A stretch of 64,000 nucleotides of DNA from positions 1,122,755 through 1,186,754 of the forward strand of contig RHPI01002438.1 in the NCBI GenBank assembly GCA_009103225.1, in the 5' to 3' direction. Numbering within the stretch: the first letter of the stretch is position 1; every line of letters starts with the position of its first letter. A program made the position numbers and the translations under genes. Below the pieces are notes generated by a model. That model was not told where the DNA came from, did not search any database, and saw only the letters and a list, made by a program, of their open reading frames with translations. Shown in pieces: positions 13,443-27,251 of this stretch. Source of the stretch: Chlorokybus atmophyticus. Lineage: Eukaryota > Plantae > Mesostigma and Chlorokybus algae.

Positions 13443-13963
13443 TCAGAATAAGCTTCGTATCTCATGAAGCATCGGCTTGTTTAAGTAAAAAGCATCTGTC
13501 GTGTGTAGACACAACACACAAGAAATGCAATGCTGCAGTTGCAACCATTGACGCGACATTCATACTGTAAGCTTGTGTGGGTGTGGCTTGGTGTGGCACT
13601 GTAGCTATCTTCAAGTTCAAGTCTACCAGATTGAATTGCAATGTCCTGTCCTAGCCCTGGTACGTAGCTGAATGGAAAGCGTTTGCAGGGACACTTCCCG
13701 TTTCCCAAACTTCCACGGGGTAGCAGCCTTCTGCTAGCCGTACACGTACGACACCCCGCACGTACAGCTGGGTCTCGACCAGCAATCACGGAAGCGCCTT
13801 TGTGGCTCGCAAACACCGTGGCAGCCCCAGCCCTAACGTACACAAACTATGCTTTGCTAACGTAGGCGGTGCTCGTTGGCAATGCCTCAAAGCTACGCTA
13901 ACGTTGCTGTCGGTAGTACGTTCGGCGCACCCTTGCCACTCTGGTGGGTGTAGCTGTCGACAT
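13443..13963 (-). CDS. Candidate 50-aa three-exon small protein, divergent from PGRL1
   Basis: GT-AG-bounded exons 13963-13931, 13730-13664 and 13495-13443 join in frame to MSTATPTRVARKAATPWKFGKREVSLQTLSIQLHAFYLNKPMLHEIRSLF*. The ATG is in a gccATG context behind a (GCC)n leader like the one before rbcS. No homology recognised. Confidence 0.3.
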
Positions 13964-14194
13964 GGCAGCGTAGCAGCCTACGCAAGCTTGGCAGAGTGTC
14001 ACAGGTGCTGGCGGCAGCAGCGGCGGCGGCGGCGGCGGAGGAGACGGTGGCGGTGGCGGTGGCGGAGAAAGTGGGAGTTGCCGAGGAGTCCTTTGGAGCC
14101 AGATTGGGAGTTGGCAAGCTCGCGTGAGTGTGGATAGTGTCTAAGTGGCAGGGGGAAAGGGCAGAAAGGGCAGAAAGGGCGGGTGATCGGCGCC

Positions 14195-16274
14195 ATGGCG
14201 ACTGTCAGCACAGCGTCGTCGTCGTCGTCCGCTGTGGTTTCGATGCTGGCGGGGCGTGGCTCGTCCTGCGGCTGTCGGTCGCTGCGCCCCCAGATGCCGG
14301 GCGCAAAGCAACTGCAGGCTGCCGCCTCCAGAGTACGCAGCTCCCGCACACAGACGCCCACATGGCGTCGCTCCATTCGCATGGAAGCAGCCAAGCAAGG
14401 TGGGTAGCGTGCTCCTCTTGCCTGGTTTGGCACAATGCATCCTGCGCTTGCCTTAGGTGAAGGCCTTTACCTGCTAACAGCTGTTCAGCTTGTTTCACTA
14501 ACAACAATATACATGCTGTCAGTCACCCCATGCGCAGTGCTTGAAGCATTGGAGACATTACACTTACAGCATTGCACGCGTTACCGCAGCTGCTGTCAAA
14601 CCAACAGCGAACGATGAGGTGGATGCTCACATTCAGCCATATTGCGACATCAAGCAAAAGAAGAAGACGCTGGGAGAGATGGAGAATGAGTTTCTCCAAG
14701 CCTTGCAGGTGTGTATGTGGTGGTGTCATTGCCACCTGCGAGTCATATGCGGTTCAATGTTTAACTTTTATGATATGCACTCAACATTTTATGTTTTCGT
14801 TGTTTGCCAGTCCTTCTACTATGACAAGAAGCCCATGATGTCTAATGAAGAGTTCGACAACCTTAAGGATGAGCTGATGTGGGAAGGGAGCTCTGTGGTG
14901 GTGCTGAGTAAGTCTATAACATTGCATATGCAAATCGCTGTTGGGGTGGGTAACGGCGCAGAATTGTATATAAACTAAACGAGCATGGGTTTAATGCTGG
15001 CTGTGCATGGCAGGTACTCTGGAGCAGAAGTTCCTGGAGGCTTCCATGTCATACCAAGCCGGCAAGCCTATTGTCTCAGATGAAGAATTTGATGTGATGA
15101 AGCAAGAGCTGCAGGTGCTGATGCTTGTTTGATAAGTTGAGATACCTGTGCAATGCCTTGTAGTTACATGGTTGGATGGCACGGAAGTTGATCCTTGCTG
15201 TCGTGCTTGTAGAAAAAGGGCAGCCCCATTGCCGTGCAAGGTCCGCGTTGCAGCCTGCGAAGCAAAAAGGTACAAGGCATCAGACATAAAAACCAGCCAG
15301 CAGTTGCTCATGCAGTCACAGACACAAAGCTAACTGCAGTGATCATGTGGCAGGTGTACTCTGATGCGCGAGTAGATTACCTGCGCATGCTCGCGTTGAA
15401 TGTCCCTGCAGCTCTGGCAGCGTTGGCGCTGTGAGTGGCTGTTGCTGGACTGCCGTGCATCCCGTTGCAGTGGTAACACTTAGAACCAGCTGAATACTAA
15501 CTCATCGCACACTCTTTTCCACAGACTCTTCGTGATAGATGATGCCAGTGGTTTCCGGGTTACGCAGCTGGTTGAGGTGAGTATGCAGGGGGCTCTGTGT
15601 TTGTCAGAACATTCCCTAGCATCGCCCTGAGTTGGTCTAATGTGGGTGCCTGTGTGCATGCAGCTACCGGAGCCCTACGGCATTTTCATTGTTTGGTTGC
15701 TGGTGTTGCCAGCTGTGTACTATACATCGCAAGCGCTGATCAAGCTGGTCTTGACGGACCCCCTCGTCTTGCAGGTATTAGTCCTGTCTAACTGAGCGTG
15801 TGAGTGTGCTGCAGGCGTGTATACCTGTGCGTTGATACTGCTGAATTGGCTGCATTCCCATTTTGTGCAACTTTGACAATGTGTTCTCGTAGGGCCCCTG
15901 TCCCAACTGTGGACATGTAAACAACTCTTTTTTCGGGGCCATCTTTGGTATCAGCAGTGGCGAGTCGGTCAACACGCTCAGTTGTGAAAGGTGGGCATGC
16001 CCCAAGCCAACTGTTGTTACGCAGTTTTGCCATGATAGGTTGTCCGCTGTTAACACTCATCTTGCACTCGCAGCTGCAAGGCGACGCTGACATACAACAG
16101 GAAGAACCGGCGAATAACTCTGGAGTCGCTAAAGCCACCCGGCAAGTCTGAAGGGGTAAGCTTGGTGCAGGCATCACTGTCTGTCGCCCACAGTTATGCA
16201 GCACATGTTGCGTACAACATGCACCGCCTCACACAGCATGAGACGTAACTCATACCACACTGCAGCCGCAATAG
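14195..16274 (+). CDS. PGRL1: PGR5-like protein 1 (thylakoid cyclic electron flow regulator), multi-exon
   Basis: Ser/Arg-rich transit peptide, then QPYCDIK..KKTLGEMENEFLQALQ, SFYYDKKPMMSNEEFDNLKDELMWEGSSVVVL, EQKFLEASMSYQAGKPIVSDEEFD, GPRCSLRSKKVYSD, NVPAA, GPCPNCG and SCESC (all six conserved Cys). The final micro-exon (stop at 16274) is tentative. Confidence 0.95.
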
Positions 16275-17149
16275 ATTGAGGAACAATCAATTGAGCAATT
16301 AGTCACGCGGTTTGCTTCCACAACAGGAGGGAAAGTCCAAGCCGGCGCCAAAGAAGGTGCCCGCCAAGGCTCCCGCAAAGGTGGCCTAAAGGTTGTTGGT
16401 AGTCTTACTTTCCAATATATGCGATATAACCATAGCTGCGGATGGGTGGGGTGGGGTGGAGTTCCATAGCAAGTGCAGGATGCAGGCGGAGGGTGATGTG
16501 TTGGTACAGTCTTGTGCTGTGTTGGTTGACAGACAAACGCAATGAACATGTAATTGTAATCTCCTACGCAGTGTTTTCCGCAAGAACCACCAGAACTCGC
16601 TTTGTCATGTTGGTTGCTTTGCTTGTGCAGCCTTATCTGCTGCTCATGCACAAATCCAAACGCCATGCAGGTATCGGATCACAAACTATGCCAGTCGCGA
16701 GGAAGTGAGCTGCTGACGACATCAACCATCACTAAACAAGCGTGCAATCTTGGTTCTCAGAACAGAACATGCAGTATGTACATGGTCTTGAGGTGCTGCA
16801 ATGACATGCAATCACGAATGATTGGTGCACTCCGCAAATCAGTGATGCAGTTGATCATTCAATATCCAATACATCCACAAGTCAGCTATGCAGTTCAAGA
16901 ACACAAAGTATCAAATGACAAATCACATCACAACATGCCACCTTTTGCACTGACCTGCGTGTTACATGTGGCACCATGTAACAAATGGGTGTCTGTTTCC
17001 ACCACAATGCAAAGAATTGCGCATGTGCACAACCACTGCTTGTCAAAAATGTATCCCTGGTTCCTGGCCCACCGCGTCTGCCTGCAACACCTGGCCTTGC
17101 CTCCAACCTCCAACTCCAACCAACAGCCTGCAACACCTCATCGCTGCAG

Positions 17150-20100
17150 TCAACCAGTTGAGGATGGCCCAGGCTCCAGCGGCAGAGCTTCTGTATTACT
17201 AATCGTGTTCCCGCCTTTACTATTGCTTGCGGACGTAGCTGTGCTGCTCGCAGCATTGCTCGCCTGTAGCGTTGGCCACTCGCCTTCTAGCACATTCCCA
17301 CTACTGTCCACAGTAGGTACTTCGCCTCCTTGTCGTGTCGGGCTTGTTGTGGACATCCCTCCCACAGCAACGGTGGAAGCATCCTCGTCCTCCGCATGCA
17401 AGTTTACATCGCCCGAGTGGCCCTCCATGGAATGCGCGGGCAACGACACGCTGTGACCAATAGCTGCACCCTTGCCCGAGGACTGGCCGGAAGGGCTGGT
17501 CAGGCCGCCTCGGCTGCGATGGCGTGTACGTGTCCCCTTGGGCACGCCGCCAGTGTGGGAGACAGCGGAGGGTGAGTCAGCCATGTTGGGCGGGATCTCC
17601 AGCCGCTGAAGGTAGGCCATGCTGCCTCCAGCACGGTTGTTGTACGACGAGTCCACGTCAATGTCCGTCACGAGGCTGCTTGGAGAAGGCAGGTTGTAGG
17701 ACAGGTGATGCGAGAGCTGCGCCGCGGGGTGCATGTGGCTGAAGTCTGTATAGTGCGCGTGGTGAAGCGCGGCGGCATGGTGCGCGTGGTGAGAAGGAGG
17801 AGGGTGGGTCTCAAACTGTGGGTGGTCAAACTTGCATGTGTAACCGAACTTGCACGACCCGTAGTTCATGTAATACGCGCACTGCTGCTGCCCTGGTCGC
17901 AGCGGCAGCCCAAGCGAGTTCAATGGCGGATTCGGGTCCAACAGCGCCCCCACTGCTGTTGACAGCGGTGGGTGTCTGTACTTGCACGTCGGCCCAAACC
18001 GACAACTGCCCGTCTTAAGATAATACTGCCAACCAACACAAGCACCATCAAGCACAACAAACTAAACACACACACTATCGATCGCACAACCACTTGCTGT
18101 TGACTGCCTCGCTTACCATGCAATCAGGTTGTTGCTGGGAATTAGGCTGCGGCTGCTGTGGCTGCAGCTGTTGTTGTTGCTGCTGCGGCTGCTGTTGCGG
18201 GGCTTGCTGCGGCACGCTTGGTTGCTGCTGTTGCTGGACATTGTTGCTGGCGGCGCTGCCCGGCTGGCCTCCGGAGGGAGGCACGTAAGGCGGGTATGTG
18301 CGCGGGCTGTGCTCCAACATGGCGGGCCCCGGAGGCACCGGATAGAAATACTGCGGGACTCCACCCTCTCGTAATGCACCCTGTAAGCGAGTGTCAGTTT
18401 CAGAACGCTTTCCAAGCTCGGCTACAAATGGTCACTAGGCTTGCAATAATGTCTTGCAAGACTGTTGATGTATGTTGTGTGCCAAGCGTATACGGAAGCA
18501 CTCTCATGTGCATGTGCTAATCAGTGAGTGCAAGACGCCAACTCACAGCCGTGAAATGCATCACACACGTTTATGGAATCAACAAGCACCGGCGACAACA
18601 CCGACTGCTCTGTGCTCTAATCTGGCTGAAACCGCACTCGACAGACAGTCCATTGCAACATCGTGTGTGCGCCCATTTCCACAGCAACTTGATGAGAACA
18701 CACAACCAACTGAAACGAGCGGTGTCCATGGTATAGACTGCATGTATGAAAACCACTTCCTGATAGATGCTTACATGTCTGCGATCCGTTAAATACACAG
18801 CATGCACAATCAATGCATGGCTTGTGCATTGAGAAGCAGGTGCGAACAATCGGTGCAATGAGAGAGGGCGCTGACCTGGTGAGGGTAGGCATGGTAGAAC
18901 ATGCCGCTGGCTGTGCGAAAGAAAGGGGCCGGTTGTTGGAAGTGGCCCATGGCTGCCATGGGGTGATGATGTCCCGACAACCCAAGTGGGATGTGGCTGG
19001 CATACGGGTGGTGCAGCAGCCAGGGGCCCTGATGATGCACCTGAGCTGCAGCCGCAGCCGCTGGACTGATAGCCAGGCTTGCTAGGGACAGCTGGGATGG
19101 GACCTCTGCTCCTGCTTGCTGCTGCTGCTGTTGCTGGGGAGAGGCGGGCACGCTTGCGTTGTTGCTGTTGGCGTTGGTGGCGCTGTTGCGTGGAGACGAC
19201 GAGGTCATATTGATGGGGGCCGAGTGATGGTTGGCGCCCATTAACGGATGCTGGAATTTGCAAGCGTGGCCATAGCGGCAGCTGCCCGTGCGCATGTAGA
19301 ACGCGCACTCGCGCCCGCTTTGCTGCTTGCACCAACAACAACAACAACATCACCACATGCACGGCGTGATGTGACAGATCACAAAAGTTGGGTTGGGTGG
19401 GAGCATGAACATGCATGTGGGCAGCGGGGGTACTGGCTCCCTCACCAAGCGATTGTTGTTGGGCGGGTTTGCAGTGGGATCCAGAGGCGGATGATGGAAA
19501 CGACACACGGCTCCATACTTACACGTGCCCGTCTTCAAGTAAAACTGCACGCATGCAAAATAATACTAAAACAACCAACACAATCACGACCAATATACCA
19601 TCAATATTCCACACATGACTTAAGATGCAGTCAAGCCAGAGTAGAGACCACACTGTTAAGTAGGCCTCACCTGGCATTCCTGGGCGTCAGGTCGTACGGG
19701 AAGTTGCTGGGATTGTTGTAGGTCGCCAGGGGAGCTCTGGGATGCATGGGGACCGCCTGCTGCGGCTGCAGCTGCAGCAGCTGCGGCGGCGGCGGCCGCC
19801 CTGTCCGCAGGATGGTTGAACCTGCAGGCGGCGCCATAGCCACAGGAGCCTGTGCGCACATAAAACACGCAGTCTTTCTCCCCAGGCCTTTCTGGGTAAG
19901 GTCCTCCACCAGCTAGTCCTGCTGCTCCACCTCCGCCGAGTCCAACTCCAACGACACCGCCGCCGCCTGCACCAGGTGCTCCTCTCCCAGCTCCCGCGAA
20001 GCTGCTCACGCTGCTGGTCCGGCCCGCAGGCGGGGGTATGGACGGACCTGCATCATTGCGCGTCAACAACAACGACAACGACAAGCGCACGACGCCTGCG

Positions 20101-20378
20101 TCCCGCCGCCGCCGGCCTCGCCACCGCCCAGCAATGCCCCAGGCAACGACCACAGCAACAACCACAACAAGCCGCACAACCGTACCGTACCGTACACAAG
20201 CAAACCCCTTTTGTGACGTACCAAAAGCGCTGCTGCCAATCCCTCCTGCTCCTCCTCCTGCTCCTGCTCCACCTCCGCCTACTCCACCGCCTCGTCCGGC
20301 TGTTCCCCGAGACGCGGAGGACGGCCTTGCCACCGGCGGCTGCGGCGGCAACTCATTTGCAGGCTCCACTGCAGCCAT
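17150..20378 (-). CDS. Tandem CCCH zinc-finger RNA-binding protein (plant ZFN/HUA1-like, 3+2 fingers)
   Basis: Five C-x8-C-x5-C-x3-H fingers, three of them with P-x-RP leaders: [39 protein letters not shown]|[46 protein letters not shown]|[51 protein letters not shown]-rich linkers. Start MAAVEPANE at 20378. Confidence 0.93.
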
Positions 20379-23300
20379 TGCCACAGTGGAGCCTGGCCGG
20401 CTATGTGCGGACACCTGCGCTGAACCTCGTAGCGGCAGACCCAGTAGCCCCTGAGTCTCCGGCGCCTTCCCTCGTGCACCACAACCCCTCGCTCGTCCCA
20501 CCGCCCGCCGCCGCCGGCGCGGCACACACTTTTCACCCCAAACTAAGCTCCTGCCAGGTGGCACCTACAGCAAGTCTGTAAACCCTAAGTTCTAAAAACG
20601 CTAACCCGTCGCAATTTTGTCCTCCTCCGGATGTGTGTGCTGCAGCCGTTGTCAAAACTTTTCTCCAATGTAACGTGCGCCACGGATAAACAAACCACCC
20701 GCGCCCGCAATCATGAACCAAAGCAAAAGACAGATTCCCAACCCAAGGGCTAAAACTTTCAGGCTAAAAACTTTCCTTTGCGTGAGCAGTCGTCCTGTTC
20801 CATCCCACGCTCAATACCACCAATCCGAAAGGAATACGGGTAATGATATCACCAACATCCTTTCACAACAGCCTGTCATGAAGTTATCTGACATGTGGAA
20901 GGACGGGTCTTGGCTGAGACAAATTCCTTACCACACAGAAAGTTGTACTGAGCTCAACTTGTCGTGAAGGTTGCCCATCATGAGGGCCTCATGGCAGGGC
21001 CGCGGTAGACTACCGCTGGTAGTTGTTGGCGTCGGTTCAACGTGATGTTAGCTTCGGGATAACGACGGAGAAGGGGACGATAAAGCCGGCATTTGTAAAT
21101 GGTAGAAATTGCCCACGGTACTGTGCACTGGGCTTATTCAGTCCGTGTCGCAGGTCGTTGGTACGTGACACAGTGTAGGAACACTGCTCGATTTGCTGTC
21201 TGCGTGTACCGTACACCCTATTGGATCACCGTTACACCTATTTGGCGCGCGCTTGACAGGCGTGATGGCAAAGTCTCTTTCCAATCTGTATACAGGACAT
21301 TGATCCGATGCGCGGTACCCTCTTGGTCAGTACCCTCGCCGAGTCTCGCGCGCGTTGCATCAACTTGCATGACCCTTTTTGCGCGTCCCCTGTCGGTAGG
21401 AGACTTGTTCTCGCAAGACTTGCTGTGGAACTCGACCGCGCGCCGCCGACGGCAAGCACAGAGCTTGACCATTGCGAGAGCTAGCTTTCGTGCCCATCAC
21501 CACGCAGGGGGTTGTTGGTCTTTTTCTCCATGTAAATTTGTATATGCCTCGTGCCTGACACACTGGCAAGTCGCGACCGGTGGCAAGTTCGAACGGCGCG
21601 GCCGCGGAATCCTCTGGCGCGCTCCGCATCACTTGCCAGCACAGCACACAATTCTTTCTTTGTTAAACTGCCACATCAAGCATACAGTCATGTACTAAGT
21701 TCCATGCTTAGCAACACTACCAGAGTTTCTGCTAAGCACTTTGCATTGGCTCCGCAGTGGCTCTGAAACTTATATCACACCACCAAAGAGAGGCACAAAT
21801 TGCAACATGCAAGCCATTACATTAATGGATGCGTAAAATATTGTGCATATTAGGTTAAAATGTGGCTCTTGTAGCTCGAATTTCAAAAAAACTGAGCCAA
21901 GGTGTGCCTTTCCAAGGGTGTAAATTTAGCGTGTTTTAAAGTCAATTCTAGGCAGTTGTACAAAAGAGTCATTTAGGCTTCTTGGAGCCAATTGGAACAC
22001 TAAACACTACCCATCACACAATTATTGCACATTTTTGCTGAGCGGACGCATGGGTTTCAAACGCAAATATTGGCATGTAGCAGCTGGTGCGGGCCCAGAC
22101 TTCTTATATATATAAAAAGACTTCTCGTTATAAATTCCTGAAGTTTATCTTTATATATATATGAAGTTATAAAGGGTCTATTATCTATTATTATCATAAA
22201 TGAACTCAGTTGCATAAAGTGCTCTTGTCAGGCAATCAGCACAGGCTGTTGTTAAGTTATACATGCCTTTCTTGCGCTGCACAGGTATGAATGGGCGCAA
22301 CTTTAGCCTATTTGCTGCTACCCTACCGTTGTAGTAACACATAGGATCAGCGCTTTAACCGGAGTTTGTGTTAATGTTGATGGTGTAATGATTTGAGCAG
22401 TGCCCTTGCCTTGCTGCTGTCGTGCTACCATGCATTACTTACTTTCTTGCTGTATGATGCGTTTCAAGATGACCAAATGTTGTGATCGTTAATGATCATT
22501 TATTATGAAGACAATATTGTACGTAAAGTCAATGGCGAGAACATTACAATTGTTAAGGTCAAACCACTTCATGTGTAATATTGTGAAGCCAATCTCATCT
22601 TATGCACAATCTTTAAAATACACGCATGTTTTTCATGTATCATTAATGCATCACATGTGTCACTGCATATCACGTTTTTAAGCTATTACTCATCAACTCA
22701 TTTATGCCATCTGTTTTTATTTCAAATATGACCCGCATGCATACTACACAACAGATTAAAGTATATGATACTGCCCTCACGTGCACATCTTTGTGAAATG
22801 AATGTGTAACATACACGCATGAAGCATTAAGATGTACGTATATATACGCATAGTTAAAATAGCTGTATATAATGGATTAGACACACGTTTTGTTATCACA
22901 ATATCTGCAACAGCCATTATACAATGGTGTAGTCGTTCAGGTGCATATTGATATTAAAGGTGCAATCTATGTGCATATATGCATATGTGCACATATGCAT
23001 ATGTAGCAGAACACATGAAACGGCCCTGTGGGCAGGTAACACCATGTCAACATGCATGCATGGCTAACGGGGACGGGCGGTAGTGTCATAGTAATAGTGG
23101 TTAGCCCGGTAGTGATGGTGTACAACTTGATAAACTGAATTGGTAGTGTGCATGTGAGTGTTGGTGTGCATGTGGCATATGTATGCGTGTGTCTCACACA
23201 GCACTTCACATACCCTATACATACTGTGTAACTTTATGTGTATGCTGGCAAGCCCCCGTAAGAATAAAAGTGTGGTCATGCAGCATCTATGAACTCAATT

Positions 23301-24305
23301 TAAACTAACTCACTATAGGCAAGTTAGACACGTATATATATTTCCGCATACTCAACACATGTTGAACAAGTATAAATACCTTTCATCATATAATGTACTT
23401 TAACACGCTGAACGGTTGCGACATGGCCGCCATTAGGCTGTGGTCAAGAAATTTTTGAAATCTTATAGTGAATGCCATAGGAGCAGCCACGTGTCCCATA
23501 TGTGTCCCATGATCACATCGAGTGGTTACGTAATGTCGTTGTGAGATCGTGTTACATATCATGAAAAGAGAATAATGCACGTATGCAGTCTGTATACTGT
23601 GTAGCTAAGCTTGCATATATATAGTAGTGCAACATATTCACTTCAATTAGCAATTGTTAGTTGTAGCACGATGAAACCTTAATTCATAGTAGAAGCTTAA
23701 TACCAGTGGCATTTGCAAAACATTTCTTACATATTGGTGCAATGATGATGTACGAGACATTCGCATAGATAATGGCAACGTATCTCCGCCCACACTTCAT
23801 GTTACTGACTGTGACACTTGTGTTTTAAATGCACTTAAACAAGTGGGCTGCTAACATTCTTTGTATATCCCTCTCTTCTTTTTCTCACTTCCTACCTATG
23901 CATCTGAGATCTATTATTCACATACCGCTTGGTGCTTTGGTGTTAAGCAATGGCGGTTAAGAACTTGGTATCAATATATAGCAATTGTTTATCGTCACCA
24001 CGCTACACATAACCGTGTACATATCACACAAGAGTTGCAGGCCTTGTTGCAAACTCCGTGGTATATATAGCCAAGGTAATGCACAAGCGAAGCAAGCAAG
24101 CAAGCAAGATTAAGTGGGGGCCAAGACAGGGTTACACCTACTCCCGAACTAACAACTCAACAGTTAGACCTAGAGACCCTCAAGCCGATGCAGTAACAGC
24201 AGGTTGTGGCAAGCAGGCAAGGCAGCAGGGTATCAACCTGATGAGCGTAGAGAGACATATGTATACGCTTTCCAATCACGGGCAAAGCATCAGAGCAGGC
24301 CGCAT

Positions 24306-24356
24306 TTAAGTTGCTCCTGCCCGTGTAAAAAAATGACACGGACAGGAGCAACTTAA
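24306..24356. repeat. 21-bp inverted repeat (1 mismatch) with a 9-nt loop
   Basis: ttaagttgctcctgcccgtgt (24306-24326) pairs with acacggacaggagcaacttaa (24336-24356). Confidence 0.9.
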
Positions 24357-25019
24357 TGATACGGGCAGCAACCAAGCTTAGCTAAGTGCGCTAGCTACGT
24401 GCTTGTGAGCGCAGGGGTGGGGCGAGGAGCAGCAAGGCAAGGCAAGGGAGGGGAGGGGAAGCAAGTTCAAGGTGGCAAGGGAAGCAGCCCTGTGCGCACA
24501 GGGCTGGAGGTTAGGCTGGTAGGTTGTAGCATAGGCAAGGACGGCAGCAACAACAGCAAGGCAGAGCGAAGGGCGAAAGGCGGTGATGCTATGTTGTGGT
24601 ATGCAATGCATGTGTATAGCGAAAGACAGAGATTGTGTATGGAGCGGGCCTTGATGGCTCATTCACAGATACTGTTTCTATGTATTTGCAGCTGTTCATC
24701 ACTGTCACCTATCTATGCGTCCATGACTGATGTACTGCTTGATGCTCTGATCCTAGGGCCTTCGTACCTCTTTGTTTCAATATGGCAGGGCTGCCAAATG
24801 CTGCCTTGTAGCATCCAGGCAAATCACAATTGTCCAGCCATGGCGAAGCTAGCGAATTCGCAAGTGTAGTATAGCATGCACATGCACGTTGGTATCACAT
24901 GTACAAATAATGCGCAACAGACTGGCCCATGCATGGCGATGGTTACAGTATTCAAATCAGTACGGTATGACAATATCACCAACACGTCCGTGTGATGCAC
25001 TAAAACACATGCGATGCGG

Positions 25020-26272
25020 CTAGAAGTAGAACTTCACATAGACAACCGAGTCGGCGGAGACAGCATGCGCGCCGCCGTCCTTGCTGTGATACACAACCCA
25101 ACTGCCGTCTTTCTTATCGCTATCCTCATCGTCGTCATCATCGCACTCGCAGCTGGAGCAATCGCAGCTGTCTCGCGGGTTCGACATCAGTGAATCTGAA
25201 CTCGATTGCTCTCGAGACTCGTCCGTCGCAACGCACTCATCGCATTGACACGTGACGCGCTTGCGGTGGGCTTTTGCCAACCCAACGCCGCTCTCCAACC
25301 GACGTAACAACTTGGCCACCTCGGCGTTGGTCAGGCCCGCGCCAACATGCCTTTGTTGTTGTTGTCTTGATGAGACCGACGTGCGATGCGATTTTTGTGT
25401 GGAAAAACTCTGTGAGCGCGGCTTCTCGAAAGCCAAACCCTTTGCCAAAGACCCCTGCACATGTGGCAAATGCACATCATGCATAAGAACGCACTACACA
25501 AACTACAACCAACATCACCTCAGAACGTGGGTTGTTGCAAGACAAAAACACAGACCTCTTCATATGTAGCCGCTTTCGTGGTAGGCAACGGAGGTTTTGA
25601 TGATGAATGCAGGCGCTCTGGCGTCGCTTCGGGCGAGACGCTTCCGCTCGCTGATCTCAACGTGGCTTTATGCTGCGGATCCCCCGAGCTGAACTCCTTG
25701 GCGAAAGTCCCGCCGTTGTGCCTCACCATCGCGCGCTCGGGACAGTTCAGGTGCAGCAGCGGGTACGTCTGCCCACACTTGTTGCACCTACACAAAACAC
25801 ATTACAACAATACACTCGAATCAGACCAGGACAACTAGAGAAGCGCAAGAAGAAAAGACAACACAAGCCAACACAACAACGTTCACTTGCCTGTGTGTGA
25901 ACTCATCCACCACCGATGTCGAGTATCCTCTCCTCTTATCAAGGCTGGCCGCCTTTGATATATGCTCTTTAAGGTCTCTGATTTCCGCTGCCGACCGCGC
26001 AAAAGACCGTAGCGCTGCGGGAAGCTCTTTCGACACAAATGTTGGGTCCGTCGGGTGCGCCGCGAGCCAAAGGTCCCTTCTGCTTGGTTGTTGGCTTGAT
26101 GTTGTGCCCGCCGTCGCAGACTTGCCTTTGCTGCTCGCGGCCGTGGCAATATCAGCCAACTTTTGGAAGAACATCACGGCACCGTTCTCGCCATCGGAAT
26201 CGCCAGATGACGCCTCGGCTAAATCGCGAACCTGTTGACTTTAGAAGGTGAGTAGCACAGCAGCTGGGATCA

Positions 26273-26323
<51 letters not shown>

Positions 26324-27251
26324 ACACATGCTGGTGTATACCTCTACACCTGCATGTGATTGGTACTATGCTCAAGGGTATGTGCAGCATACATGCAGTA
26401 TAGGTTGATATCCAACTTGCCTGTTGAAGAATGCAGAGCATGCAACTGAAAAGACACAGACGCATGTCCACAAGATGCGCACACGCGAAAGTGCGCGTGC
26501 ACGGCCGCTTACACAGAGGCATGCCCATTCGCGCTCACGCACATGAGTGCTCACACCCACACATGTGCACGCGCATAAAATCACACAAACGCATGCGCGC
26601 GCATGCACAGGATCCTCAACAACTTCAACCAGCGCATACCCTTTCGGGATCCTGCAGTCCGCGCTCGACGGCAGTGAGGAACGTGTCGGCCTGACGCCAC
26701 AGCTTGATCCTCTGATCCCGCAGCTGCGCCGCTTGTTTGTATTCTGTTTTTTCCGCCGATGCCAACTCGTCCTCCTTCAACTTTTTCGCCCTCAAACCCA
26801 ACTGTGGATACAACACGCATATTAGCATCGCTAATGCTGTGCACGCGTTACGTATGCAAATTCGATTGTAGGTAAAGTGACATGTTCACAAAACAGACGC
26901 ACTCATCTACACAAATAGTAACATGCAGAGACGCGCACATGCGAGCGTTCGCACATGACAATGCCCACACGCACACACGCGCATACGCGCCCACATGCAC
27001 TCGCACGGTCACAACCAACTACAGCTGTACCGTATTTGTACCACATAATGACCAACATCCCACCCCGTCCTCACCTGTACAAGTCCCTCTGTGATCTCTT
27101 TGTATGCGGCGGCTTTGGCGTAGTCGCTCGCGGCGGCGGCGGTGTGCATCTTCTCCTTAGCCTCAAGCAGCTTCTCCACGAGGTGGAAACCGTCCGCCTC
27201 TCCCAAATACTCGCACGCGTCCAACTCCAACAAAGACAGCGAGATCGCCAT
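25020..27251 (-). CDS. Uncharacterised multi-exon protein with two UVR-like helical motifs and Cys-rich C-terminal segments
   Basis: Coding-like exons with GT-AG ends: ~27251-27075 (MAISLSLLELDACEY..AAAASDYAKAAAYKEITEGLVQ), ~26805-26640 (LASAEKTEYKQAAQLRDQRIKL), ~26235-25885, ~25790-25560 (CNKCGQTYPLLHLNC) and ~25455-25020 (CQCDEC, CDCSSCEC, stop at 25020). The 5' end is uncertain. Confidence 0.6.
26276..26322. repeat. (CA)n microsatellite (intronic)
   Basis: Pure CA run of ~47 bp. Confidence 0.95.

Noticed and set aside
17150-20581. Long antisense or alternative-frame GC-rich ORFs over the CCCH gene (also over rbcS and the SPRING gene)
   Set aside because: Shadow ORFs caused by GC-rich, low-complexity coding sequence.
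20713-21766. Several 70-200-aa ORFs upstream of the CCCH gene
   Set aside because: No recognisable domain, no consistent exon chain, and overlapping frames on both strands.
22100-24400. Possible Helitron (TATATA-rich start, hairpin and CTAG near the end)
   Set aside because: The termini and hairpin-to-CTRR spacing do not fit well enough, and there is no Rep/helicase remnant.
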